Source: Bacteroidales bacterium (GTDB taxonomy: Bacteria > Bacteroidota > Bacteroidia > Bacteroidales > JAUNSR01). From it: 64,000 nucleotides of DNA. The stretch lies in assembly GCA_030539115.1 (NCBI GenBank), contig JAUNSR010000016.1:1999-65998 (forward strand), read 5' to 3'. The position numbers were made by a program, and so were the translations under genes. Below, piece after piece: positions 1 to 9,344 of this stretch (positions within the stretch are counted from its first letter, which is position 1; each line of letters opens with the position of its first letter). Below the pieces are notes generated by a model, which saw nothing but the letters and a program-made list of their open reading frames with translations, was not told the DNA's origin and searched no databases.

Positions 1-1
1 T

Positions 2-379
2 ATGGCTGTAGGTATTGTAATCGGAGCAGCCTTTGGCAAAATAGTAAGTACGTTTGTTGCAACAATCATTTCACCTTTGATAGGACTGCTTACAGGTGGC
101 TTTGATTTTGTAAATCTTAAAATTGTGCTTCGCCATGCAGTTATGGATGGTGAAAAAATTGTGAAACCTGAATTGGTGTTAGGCTATGGCGAGTTGATAA
201 CAGTGATTTTGGACTTTATAATAGTCGCTTTTGCCATTTTTTGGGTTATAAGAATAATGGACAAACTTGTAAAGCAGCATAAAAAAGAGGAGACTCCTGC
301 GCCTGCTCCTGAACCTCCAACTCCTGAAGATGTAGTTCTTTTAAGAGAAATAAGAGATTTATTAAAAACAAAGCAATAG
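2..379 (+). CDS. mscL: Large-conductance mechanosensitive channel MscL (5' end outside window)
   Basis: [17 protein letters not shown]1, [14 protein letters not shown]2 and C-terminal LLREIRDLL motif. Confidence 0.95.
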   Translation: MAVGIVIGAAFGKIVSTFVATIISPLIGLLTGGFDFVNLKIVLRHAVMDGEKIVKPELVLGYGELITVILDFIIVAFAIFWVIRIMDKLVKQHKKEETPAPAPEPPTPEDVVLLREIRDLLKTKQ

Positions 380-407
380 CGTATTTATACGATATAAAGA
401 TTATACA

Positions 408-452
408 GGCAATCAGATCATGCATAAAATGCATAGATTTGATTGCTTTTTT
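408..452 (+). terminator. Intrinsic terminator of mscL
   Basis: GCAATCAGATC-ATGCAT/ATGCAT-A-GATTTGATTGC stem followed by T6. Confidence 0.7.
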
Positions 453-666
453 AATTTTATAAAGTGATTTCTTTAATCAAAAAATCTTTATTTAACCCCT
501 CTTAACTTTATATCACCTAAAATAGAGTGTATTTTTGTAGATATATGAACATTAATTATTTTAGTGCTGCTTTAATAAAAGAGCAATAGTTTTTAATTGC
601 ATAATTATTTATTTTTTATATTTAGCTTGCAATAGGGATTTTGCCATAAAAACAACAATTTTTCAG

Positions 667-1365
667 ATGAAACTTAAATACGCTATATTATCATTCCTTT
701 TATGTCTTTGTGCAGGAGCCTTTTCACAGTCGGAAGTTGAAACTCCCAACTACGATGAAATAAAGATGTCAACCTTTGACAAGAATTCACCTTTGTATTA
801 TCCAAAACTTATGAATAGATTCATGGAATGCGACACAACATTAACTCTTGAGGACTATCGTTCGCTATATTATGGGTTTGTTTTTCAAGAGGACTACAAT
901 CCTTACAGAGTGAGTCCCTATTCTTTAAAGGTAAAGGAGTATGCAACACAGGACGCAACCAACAGTATAGACTGTGATTCTATAATAAGTTATGGATTGA
1001 AAGCAATGGATGATTTTCCATTTGATATAAGAACAATGAATATGTTGGTCTATGCATATCAATGTACAAACAATGAGACTGAAAAGTTGAAATGGTCATA
1101 CAAATTAAAAGGAATTATTGATGCCATCATTTCTTCCGGAGACGGAGAGGAAGAGGCGAGCGCTTTTCATGTTATATATGCACCTCACGAATATGAATTG
1201 CTGCTTAGATTCGGATTAAGTGCAAAAAGCACCCAGATAATGGATACTAACTTTGATTATATTGAAGTTGAAAGCAATAAATTTAATGTAAAGGGTTATT
1301 TCTTCAATATTCTTAAGCTTCGCGAGGTGTTTCATTCAAAGTTTAACGAAACAGTGATCCAATAG
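667..1365 (+). CDS. DUF4919-like secreted protein
   Basis: Signal peptide; YYPKLMNRF..DTTLTLEDYR.LYYG..FQ.DYNPY and SSGDG...AFHVI...HEY motifs typical of this Bacteroidota family. Confidence 0.75.
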   Translation: MKLKYAILSFLLCLCAGAFSQSEVETPNYDEIKMSTFDKNSPLYYPKLMNRFMECDTTLTLEDYRSLYYGFVFQEDYNPYRVSPYSLKVKEYATQDATNSIDCDSIISYGLKAMDDFPFDIRTMNMLVYAYQCTNNETEKLKWSYKLKGIIDAIISSGDGEEEASAFHVIYAPHEYELLLRFGLSAKSTQIMDTNFDYIEVESNKFNVKGYFFNILKLREVFHSKFNETVIQ

Positions 1366-1449
1366 TCTTAAAGATCGCTTTTTAAATAGCTGTATTCCCA
1401 TCTTATTGATATTTTGCATTAAATAGATAAAATAATTATTCTGATTATT

Positions 1450-4400
1450 ATGACCTCAATAACTGCTCAAGAATATTTTATTGAAATAAAAGAACTTTTA
1501 GAAGATAATAAACTGACCTTGTCCCAAAAATTTAAAAGGACAAGGTTTTTATTTGAGCGGTTATGTAAACAGATAACATCAAAAGAAACAGCACAATTCC
1601 CAAATCTTTTTGCCCGCTTAAGCTGGATTCTTCAGCATATACTCACCGATGATAAAGATGCGGCAATAAGACTCTCCACATTGCGTATTCATCTTAACAG
1701 AGTTTGTAAAGGTGAAGTTGAGCCTAATCAAGATGAGCTTGAAGATGATTTGAGAACTCTTGTAAAAGCTGTTTCCATTTTGCTCGATGAACCGGTAGAT
1801 ACCGCACTTCAATCGTTTGCTTCAAAAAAAAGAAATGCCTACCTGCCTAAAGAATATAAAATAAGCAGAATTAAAAGGATAAGAGCCCGCTTTATTTCTT
1901 ATAAAGACAATGTTTTAAAAGTTATCCCTGAGGAAAAAGAGGATAATGAACCAATAAATGTAAGGCTTAAGTCCGAAAATGACGGCACTCAGCCCTTTAA
2001 AGGTACTTTGGAGAATCTTTATCCCGGGGCTCAAATTAATCTTGTCGACACCTATTTCAGTGTTGAAGAGAATATGATTGTTGCAGACATGGTAATACTT
2101 GAGCCTGATTTTCTTTTGGACATCAGTGCCATTGCAGAGTGTTATCAAGATTATGGCAATCATCCATTAAATTATTTTTACAGCCGTCTTAATGAGACTG
2201 TCAACAGCCGTTACATAATACTGGGAAATATCGCCAATCAATTTCTTGATGATATAATCAACGAAACAGAAGATACTCCTGCTGATTATCTGCTCTCTAT
2301 GAAAAAGGCTTTCGGCGATTATCCTATCAATATTGCAGCTTGTGAAGAGCTTGAGGACAGTAAGATTTCAAAAGATTTTTTTCAGGAGACAAAAAATCAG
2401 TTCTTCAATATAAGGAAAGTCGTAAATACTCTATTCGGTGAAAATTCAATAGACCCTTCAAAAGCACTTCTCGAACCATCTTTTGTTTGTGAAACACTTG
2501 GAATACAGGGTCGTTTGGACCTTTTGCAGGAGGACTATACAAAGTTTATAGAACTTAAGTCGGGAAAAGCAAAAGAAATATTTGGAACAGACAAAATAAT
2601 GAATAAGGAGAATCATTATGTTCAGATGCTTCTTTATTATGCCGTTTTAAAGATTAATAAGGATGTAGACCCCAATAAAATAGATGCTTATCTGCTGTAT
2701 TCAAAATATCCTCTTCTTTATAGGATGCCGCATTATCAATATCTTATTAAAGATGCTTTAAATCTAAGGAATATGATTGTCGCTTTGGAATATCTTATCC
2801 AAAAGCACAATGATTACAATTATTCAAAGTCTGTTTTAAGATCGATCATTGCCGATACATTAAATACAAATCATCTGACAAACCGTCTTTGGACAGGATA
2901 TATAAAGACAAAAATCGATAAGTTTTCATCTTCGCTTTCCGAGCTTACTCCGATAGAGGATGATTATTATTATTCTCTTTTTACCTTTATAACAAAGGAA
3001 CAGTTTACTTCAAAAGCCGGTAATCCCGATAAAGAAAGCAATAAAGGAAATACTCTTTTGTGTAACGGCACTTTGGATGACAAGAAAGATGCCGGGGAGA
3101 TAATTGTGGATTTGAAAATTATCGATTCGTCTATAATAAACTCCAAGCATTATCTTACTCTTTCCATAAACCAATTGCAGGATGATGAGTGCATCCCCAA
3201 TTTCAGGACCGGGGATTCTGTGATACTTTATCTTAGGGATGATGAGACAAAAAATATAAGCAACAGTCAGGTTTTTAAGGCTTCAATAGATGAGATTGAT
3301 GCTCAAAAAATCAAGCTTTGTCTCAGGGTTGTTCAAAAAAACAGTTCAGTGCTCCCCAAAAAAAGCCTCTATGCAATGGAAAGAGATTACATGGATGTCC
3401 CTTTTGCTTCTATGCTTAAAGGTTTGTCACAGTTTTTGTCTGCTACAAATGAACGCAGGTCCTTGCTTTTGGGTGAAAGAACTCCACGTTGGGATTCAAC
3501 ATTGGTGAAGAATGCGTATGACAATGATGTAGACAGAATAGTTGACAAGGCTTATGCCGCTAAAGATTATTTTTTGCTTGTCGGGCCACCGGGAACAGGC
3601 AAAACATCTTATGCACTTCGTCGTATGGTTGAGCGGTTTTACTCTCAACCCAATTGCAATATTCTTTTGTTGGCTTATACAAATAAAGCAGTTGATGAAA
3701 TATGTCATTCCATCAGCTCGATTGCTCCTGATTTCCCTTTTGTAAGGATAGGGCAGGAGGCGGCTTGCGATGATGCTTTTAAAGACAGGCTTTTGAAAAA
3801 TGTAATGCGTGATTCAACCAACAGAATACAGGTAAGAAACAAGATTTCCAATTATAGGGTTTTTGTTGGTACCCTATCATCCGTTAGCCGTGAAACTCAG
3901 CTTTTTCAATTGAAGAGTTTCGATGTTGCAATTGTTGATGAGGCAACTCAAATATTGGAACCTCAAATAATAGGTCTTCTTTGTTCAAAAGACAAGGCAG
4001 GAAAAGATGCTGTTAAAAAATTTATTCTTATTGGAGATTATAAACAGTTGCCTGCTGTTGTTGTGCAGTCGGACGAATCTTCATTGGTTAAAAGCGATAG
4101 GCTTAATGCCATAGGAATAAATTCTTTAAAGGAGTCTCTTTTTGAAAGACTGTATAGGCTTGAGAAAAAGTTGAATAGGAATATGTGCTTTGATATGCTT
4201 ACTCGTCAAGGAAGGATGCATCCGGAAATAAGTGAGTTCCCATCAAAATATTTTTATGCGGGCAGACTTACCGAAATTCCGGTCGAACATCAGAAAGAGA
4301 GTTGGAGTCATGAAGCCAATGTGTACGATTTCTCGATGATGGTTAAAAATAAAAGACTCGCTTTTTTCCCTGTTGAAAAAAAGGAACATCTTACATCAAA

Positions 4401-4863
4401 TAAAATAAACCCACAGGAAGCAAAGGTTGTAGCTGATATTCTTAAATATTGGCTGATGTATAATGTTGACAAGAAAGGCAGTATTTCAGATTATGTAGGA
4501 ATAATCACTCCCTATAGAAGCCAGATTGCAATGATAAGAAAGGAGCTTCAAAACAACAATATTCCTGATGCGGCAAATATTGTGATCGATACTGTTGAGC
4601 GTTTTCAGGGAGCTCAAAAGGATTTGATGATTTATTCCTGCTGCATTAACATGGCATATCAACTTGAGGCGCTTTCCAATACAATAGAAGATGAAGGGCT
4701 TGTTGTCGACAGAAAACTGAATGTCGCTTTAACAAGAGCAAGACGGCAAATGTTTATAGTTGGTAATCCTGCTATACTTAAAAGGGATAATATTTATTGT
4801 AAGCTAATAGATTATATACAGAGTAAATCTTCAATTTTCTTGGGAGATTATCCGGAACTGTAA
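1450..4863 (+). CDS. Dna2-like PD-(D/E)XK nuclease / SF1 (UPF1/DNA2-type) helicase fusion
   Basis: Nuclease motifs LLEPSF..GRLDLL..IELKSGK; helicase motifs GPPGTGKT, AYTNKAVD, DEATQ, GDYKQL, Q.RM, IITPYRSQ, DTVERFQG, LNVALTRAR. Confidence 0.85.
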   Translation: MTSITAQEYFIEIKELLEDNKLTLSQKFKRTRFLFERLCKQITSKETAQFPNLFARLSWILQHILTDDKDAAIRLSTLRIHLNRVCKGEVEPNQDELEDDLRTLVKAVSILLDEPVDTALQSFASKKRNAYLPKEYKISRIKRIRARFISYKDNVLKVIPEEKEDNEPINVRLKSENDGTQPFKGTLENLYPGAQINLVDTYFSVEENMIVADMVILEPDFLLDISAIAECYQDYGNHPLNYFYSRLNETVNSRYIILGNIANQFLDDIINETEDTPADYLLSMKKAFGDYPINIAACEELEDSKISKDFFQETKNQFFNIRKVVNTLFGENSIDPSKALLEPSFVCETLGIQGRLDLLQEDYTKFIELKSGKAKEIFGTDKIMNKENHYVQMLLYYAVLKINKDVDPNKIDAYLLYSKYPLLYRMPHYQYLIKDALNLRNMIVALEYLIQKHNDYNYSKSVLRSIIADTLNTNHLTNRLWTGYIKTKIDKFSSSLSELTPIEDDYYYSLFTFITKEQFTSKAGNPDKESNKGNTLLCNGTLDDKKDAGEIIVDLKIIDSSIINSKHYLTLSINQLQDDECIPNFRTGDSVILYLRDDETKNISNSQVFKASIDEIDAQKIKLCLRVVQKNSSVLPKKSLYAMERDYMDVPFASMLKGLSQFLSATNERRSLLLGERTPRWDSTLVKNAYDNDVDRIVDKAYAAKDYFLLVGPPGTGKTSYALRRMVERFYSQPNCNILLLAYTNKAVDEICHSISSIAPDFPFVRIGQEAACDDAFKDRLLKNVMRDSTNRIQVRNKISNYRVFVGTLSSVSRETQLFQLKSFDVAIVDEATQILEPQIIGLLCSKDKAGKDAVKKFILIGDYKQLPAVVVQSDESSLVKSDRLNAIGINSLKESLFERLYRLEKKLNRNMCFDMLTRQGRMHPEISEFPSKYFYAGRLTEIPVEHQKESWSHEANVYDFSMMVKNKRLAFFPVEKKEHLTSNKINPQEAKVVADILKYWLMYNVDKKGSISDYVGIITPYRSQIAMIRKELQNNNIPDAANIVIDTVERFQGAQKDLMIYSCCINMAYQLEALSNTIEDEGLVVDRKLNVALTRARRQMFIVGNPAILKRDNIYCKLIDYIQSKSSIFLGDYPEL

Positions 4864-4880
4864 ATTGTGTTATAATAATT

Positions 4881-4918
4881 AAGGGCTCGGTAATTAAAAA
4901 TTAAATTACTGAGCCCTT
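4881..4918. terminator. Hairpin between convergent helicase and DUF3843 genes
   Basis: AAGGGCTCGGTAAT / ATTACTGAGCCCTT inverted repeat. Confidence 0.75.
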
Positions 4919-4953
4919 ATTATATATTTTAAGAGTATAAAGACATTAGTCTT

Positions 4954-6288
4954 TTATAGTTCACGTCTGAAATATGAAAGTACAAAGTCGATGTTCTTTA
5001 ATAAAAGTTCTTTTCCATTTTCTCCCGGAAACTTAATGCCGGGATATTTATTTTCAATTATTGCATTTTTTAAATAGTCTGTATTTATTCCGTCGCAGAA
5101 AAACAGAGTCCATTCAAGTTCTTCTTGATTGTCGTCAGGATTCTCTTCTTTTTGATATTTAAGATAGTTCTGAGATATCTTATCCTGCTGCTCCTCGTTG
5201 AAAGGAAGATCAGGCCTTTCATTAAACAGATTTCTTTCATCCTCAAGAGCTTCAATCTCTTTGACCAATTCTTCTGTGTTTTCGTAACTTCTCAGGTCGC
5301 CGATAAACCACCATTCACTTTGCCATTGCACAAAGCCTGCAAAAAGAATAACCTCTTCAGATTTCATGTCTTTAGGGAATCCAACAAGAGAACGATTGGT
5401 AACATGCAAAATTTCTCCTGTGGCAACATGGCGGAATTGAGCATACATTGAATCCTGTTCCACAAAAACAAAATAACCGGATTTCTTTTTAGAAAGTTCC
5501 ATTAAAGGCTCGTAAAGAGAATTTTCTTCTCCAAGAATTTTTGCCAGCCATTGTGGAGATGTAAGGTTGAAAAACTCAGTAACATTGTTGAAAGAAAAGT
5601 CTGTCATAACCATATTTGCCATTTCAATAACCTTGTCTTCAAGATTGTTTTCTTTTGCAACTTGGGTTACATCATTTAATTCTTCTGTAAGGTCAAGACT
5701 GTCAAAATGGAATAAATATGTTTCAATACACAATTGATAGAATTTTGATTGTATTGTGTATAAATTCTCATCCTCCTCATTTAATTCAAACAGCGCTTTT
5801 AGCTTAGTGTTTTCAGGAGCCTCTTCAAAGGCATTGTCAAAAATAGGAAACACTTTATCTGCTATCTCATCAATAAATGCTTCATTAGGAGAGATTGAGA
5901 TATAACCTTTGTTCAATTGTGTCAGATAATGCCAGCAAAGGAATTTTATATCAATCAGATTAATCTCCTCTTCATAATATTCCTCTGTCTGATAAAACGG
6001 AAGATATGTGCCGTATTTCTCTTTTGAAAGACGAACAAAAGTGTTCCATATATTGGTCTCTGAAATAATATCTTCAAAATATGCTGTTAACAGGCAGCTT
6101 AATGTTTTCTTTTCCTCTTGTGAAAGGAAAAAATCATTTTCATCGTCAAAATTCACCGATGTTTCATCAATTGCATATAAAACTTGGTTGGCAAGCTTTA
6201 TATAATATAAGTCAGTATTGCCCGATTGTTTATATGGATGACATTCCAGCCAGTCGGGGCTGAATATCTTTTGTTCCTGTTTTTTCAT
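4954..6288 (-). CDS. DUF3843-like protein of unknown function
   Basis: N-terminal I...DWL..HPY......D.YY..LAN and AYFEDIISE..IW..F motifs resemble the Bacteroidales DUF3843 family. Confidence 0.7.
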   Translation of the reverse strand: MKKQEQKIFSPDWLECHPYKQSGNTDLYYIKLANQVLYAIDETSVNFDDENDFFLSQEEKKTLSCLLTAYFEDIISETNIWNTFVRLSKEKYGTYLPFYQTEEYYEEEINLIDIKFLCWHYLTQLNKGYISISPNEAFIDEIADKVFPIFDNAFEEAPENTKLKALFELNEEDENLYTIQSKFYQLCIETYLFHFDSLDLTEELNDVTQVAKENNLEDKVIEMANMVMTDFSFNNVTEFFNLTSPQWLAKILGEENSLYEPLMELSKKKSGYFVFVEQDSMYAQFRHVATGEILHVTNRSLVGFPKDMKSEEVILFAGFVQWQSEWWFIGDLRSYENTEELVKEIEALEDERNLFNERPDLPFNEEQQDKISQNYLKYQKEENPDDNQEELEWTLFFCDGINTDYLKNAIIENKYPGIKFPGENGKELLLKNIDFVLSYFRREL

Positions 6289-6320
6289 TTATAAGTAATA
6301 ATTTATTTTTTATGCTAAGA

Positions 6321-6392
6321 TATAAATGCGCCATTTATATATCCTTTGTCAGGTGTTTCATCTTTTGATGAGTTATGGCGATTTCATTTATA
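6321..6392 (-). repeat. Structured leader element, copy 1 (upstream of DUF3843)
   Basis: Minus strand TATAAATG-AAAT-CGCCAT-AAC-TCATC(AAAA)GATGA-A-ACACC..GGATAT-ATAA-ATGGCG-CATTTATA; homologous to 48316-48393 and 58662-58933. Confidence 0.85.
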
Positions 6393-6412
6393 ATATATTT
6401 TTTCTATTGGCG

Positions 6413-6420
6413 CAAATGTA
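6413..6420 (-). promoter_or_regulatory. Bacteroidota -7 promoter element for DUF3843
   Basis: TACATTTG(CGC) matches TAnnTTTG and places the repeat element inside the 5' UTR; -33 element not obvious. Confidence 0.55.
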
Positions 6421-6649
6421 ATATATTATTTTAAATGAGCACTTAATAGAATTATTGCACCTATGTTTTTATTGCAAAAGGCTATGTTGAACAATTAAAT
6501 TAGCTGAATTATTTTTGATATTATTTTATTGAAATATAAAACAAAATGATTGATATTATTAAAAAAATAGATAATCTTGATTGAAAAACTCTGAAAATAT
6601 ATCATATTGATTAAAACATGTTAAATTTCGACTTGTTGTAATAGTATTG

Positions 6650-6681
6650 TTTGGAAGATATAATATGACTGTATATATTTG
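6650..6681 (+). promoter_or_regulatory. Canonical Bacteroidota housekeeping promoter
   Basis: TTTG (6650-6653), 20-nt spacer, TATATTTG (6674-6681). Confidence 0.8.
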
Positions 6682-6684
6682 TTG

Positions 6685-6753
6685 AAGTTTTTCATGGTAT
6701 TAGATTTAAGGTTAACAAAGGTTGGTTGTCGTGAGACAACCAATTTTTATTTT
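6685..6753 (+). ncRNA. Putative trans-acting small RNA (~70 nt)
   Basis: Between a full -33/-7 promoter and a TTGGTTGTC-GTGA-GACAACCAA-T5 terminator (GNRA loop); no plausible ORF; both neighbouring genes on the opposite strand. Confidence 0.75.
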
Positions 6754-7009
6754 ACGGTATTTGTAATTTGAAAATTTATCATTCTTTTGACATCTTCCAC
6801 TCAATAAGGCAATTGTTCTCAAAAGTTATTTATCCTTTCAGGATCATCTTTATTAATATAAAAATTGAATTACTCTCTTTATTCATTGATTATTATAATC
6901 CTAAATATGTTTGATAGTAAAAAAGATATCCCTTTCTAATCTCCATATATAAATAGAGTATTAAAAAGGGAAATCAGTATAAAATATAATATCTGATATG
7001 ATAAAAATC

Positions 7010-9253
7010 TTATTTTAAATCAAAGCTGACTTTAGATTTTATATCAGCTGAAGATGCACCGATTAGTATTTCAAACTTGCCGGGCTCTGCAATCCAATCA
7101 TGCTTTTTGTCATCAAAGAATGAAAGCTCATTTTTAGTTATTTCAAAAACGACCTCTTTGGTTTCATCAGGATTAAGATAAACTTTTTTGAAACCCTTTA
7201 ATTCCTTAACAGGACGAGGCAAAGATGACTTCAAATCACTGATATAAAGCTGCACAACCTCTGCACCTTTAACAGAACCGGAGTTTGTGACAGGAATAGT
7301 GATTTTTATTGTCTCATCTTGAGTGATAGATTTCTTGTCTGCAGAAGCTTTGCCATATTTAAATGTAGTATAACTCAACCCATATCCAAATGGGAAAAGA
7401 GGAGATGTTTTTTCTTTGTCAGCCCAACGATAACCGACAAAAAGTCCTTCATTATACTTTTCATCTATTATATTACTTCCGTCATTTCTTTCAATACCGA
7501 GATATTCTCCAAGTTTATGAGCGCCGACTTCTTCTAATGATGCAGGGAAAGTAAAAGGAAGTTTTCCGGAAGGATTGACATCACCAAATAAAACAGATGC
7601 AATAGCATTACCGGCTTCTGAGCCTAAATACCAAGCCTGAAGAATGGCTTTCGTATCTTTAATCCAAGGCATAGTAACAGCATTTCCGGAGATGTTTACA
7701 ACAACTAAGTTTTTGTTTGCTTTTGCCAAGGCATTGATAACCTCGTTTTGAGTGTATGGAAGCTCGATTCCTTTTCTGTCAGAGTCTTCACAATCCTGAT
7801 TGTTGCTTTTATTTAAGCCACCAATAAAAATCACATAGTCTGCATCTTTTGCCGCATTGACAGCTTCAGAGATTAATTCCTCAGAAGAGCGGTCATCCTT
7901 AAGGTTTTGACCTGATTTGACACCATTGTATTCGCCTGTTGGGTCACCAACGTAGCCTCTTGCAAATACAATTTCGGCATTATTGCCTGCTCTTTTAACT
8001 ATGCCGTCAAGAGGTGAGATTTCATATTTGACTTTTAATGAGGAGCTGCCTCCTCCGACTGTCATCATTTTGATTGCGTTTTCTCCAATTACGGCTATTT
8101 TTTTGTTTGTAGACAAATCAATAGGAAGAGTGTTGTCTTTGTTTTGAAGAAGAACTATACCCTCTTCTCCAATTTGCTTTGCTGCATTAAAATGAGCCTG
8201 TGAACATAAAGATCCATAGGGACGCTTGGAGTTCATAGTGGTTCTAAATGAAAGTCTTAGAATTCGCTTAACTTTTTCGTCCAATTCTTTTGTGCCAGCC
8301 TCTCCTTTTTTAATCATTTGAAGATAAGGGTAAGCAAGGTAATAGTTGTCGTAGGCACTCTTGGTGCCTTTGGATAAACCATTTGTCCAACTGCCAAATT
8401 CCATGTCAAGACCATTTGTTATAGCCTCTTTTGTGTCGTGAACACCGCCCCAGTCAGAAACGACAACGCCGTCAAACCCCCATTCACTTTTAAGAATATT
8501 GTTTAAAATATATTCGTTGTGACAAAGGTGCTGATTTTTGTATAGATTGTAGGCGCCCATTATGCTCCAAGCACCACCTTCTATTACGGCAGCCTTGAAA
8601 GCGGGAAGATAGATTTCATAAAGAGTGCGGTCGTCAATAATAACATTTGTATTATGGCGTTTAACCTCTTGATTGTTTAATGCAAAATGTTTAACACAGG
8701 CAGCCACTCCGTTGCTTTGCACGCCCTTTACATAAGGCACCACCATTTTGCTCGATAAGTATGGGTCTTCTCCCATATATTCAAAGTTTCTTCCATTTAA
8801 GGGTGTTCTATAAATATTTACTCCCGGTCCAAGAAGAATATCCTTTTTGCGATAGCGAGCCTCTTCACCGATACTTTTGCCATAGAGGTAAGAAATTTCA
8901 GGATTCCATGTTGCAGCAAGACAAGTTAGTGCAGGAAAAGCCACACAAGAGTCATTGGTCCAGCCCGCTTGGTCCCATTCATCCCAAAGAACTTCAGGTC
9001 TTATTCCATGAGGACCATCAGTTGTCCAAAACTCAGGAATACCAAGACGGGGAACTCCAGGAGAGCTGAATTTAGATTGGGCATGTGTCATTGCAATCTT
9101 TTCAGAAAGTGTCATTCGTGAGAGAGCATTCTCAATTCTTAGTTCAATGTCTTTTGTTTCATCCAAATAGATTGGAAGATTATCCTTTTGAGCCTGCATT
9201 TGAGTTGATAATGCAAGAATTAAAATAGATAAAAATGTTTTCTGTACGGTCAT
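7010..9253 (-). CDS. GH3 beta-glucosidase with C-terminal Fn3-like domain
   Basis: DGPHGIR, GRNFEYMGEDP, CVKHFALN, VVSDWGG nucleophile motif, PLFPFGYGLSYT, GAEVVQLYI; signal peptide. Confidence 0.92.
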   Translation of the reverse strand: MTVQKTFLSILILALSTQMQAQKDNLPIYLDETKDIELRIENALSRMTLSEKIAMTHAQSKFSSPGVPRLGIPEFWTTDGPHGIRPEVLWDEWDQAGWTNDSCVAFPALTCLAATWNPEISYLYGKSIGEEARYRKKDILLGPGVNIYRTPLNGRNFEYMGEDPYLSSKMVVPYVKGVQSNGVAACVKHFALNNQEVKRHNTNVIIDDRTLYEIYLPAFKAAVIEGGAWSIMGAYNLYKNQHLCHNEYILNNILKSEWGFDGVVVSDWGGVHDTKEAITNGLDMEFGSWTNGLSKGTKSAYDNYYLAYPYLQMIKKGEAGTKELDEKVKRILRLSFRTTMNSKRPYGSLCSQAHFNAAKQIGEEGIVLLQNKDNTLPIDLSTNKKIAVIGENAIKMMTVGGGSSSLKVKYEISPLDGIVKRAGNNAEIVFARGYVGDPTGEYNGVKSGQNLKDDRSSEELISEAVNAAKDADYVIFIGGLNKSNNQDCEDSDRKGIELPYTQNEVINALAKANKNLVVVNISGNAVTMPWIKDTKAILQAWYLGSEAGNAIASVLFGDVNPSGKLPFTFPASLEEVGAHKLGEYLGIERNDGSNIIDEKYNEGLFVGYRWADKEKTSPLFPFGYGLSYTTFKYGKASADKKSITQDETIKITIPVTNSGSVKGAEVVQLYISDLKSSLPRPVKELKGFKKVYLNPDETKEVVFEITKNELSFFDDKKHDWIAEPGKFEILIGASSADIKSKVSFDLK

Positions 9254-9344
9254 AATTTTAAAAGGTTTTATTTTTAGTAACTTATTTACTTTGTTGCAAT
9301 TTATTTGTTTGAGAATTATTCTTTCCTCTTTTATTATATGTGAA

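Noticed and set aside
6321-6392. Integron attC sites or hammerhead ribozyme as the identity of the repeat
   Set aside because: CCATAAC resembles an R'' box but the opposite arm lacks GTTRRRY, there is no integrase, and one copy sits in a core operon; there is no CTGATGA...GAAA hammerhead core.
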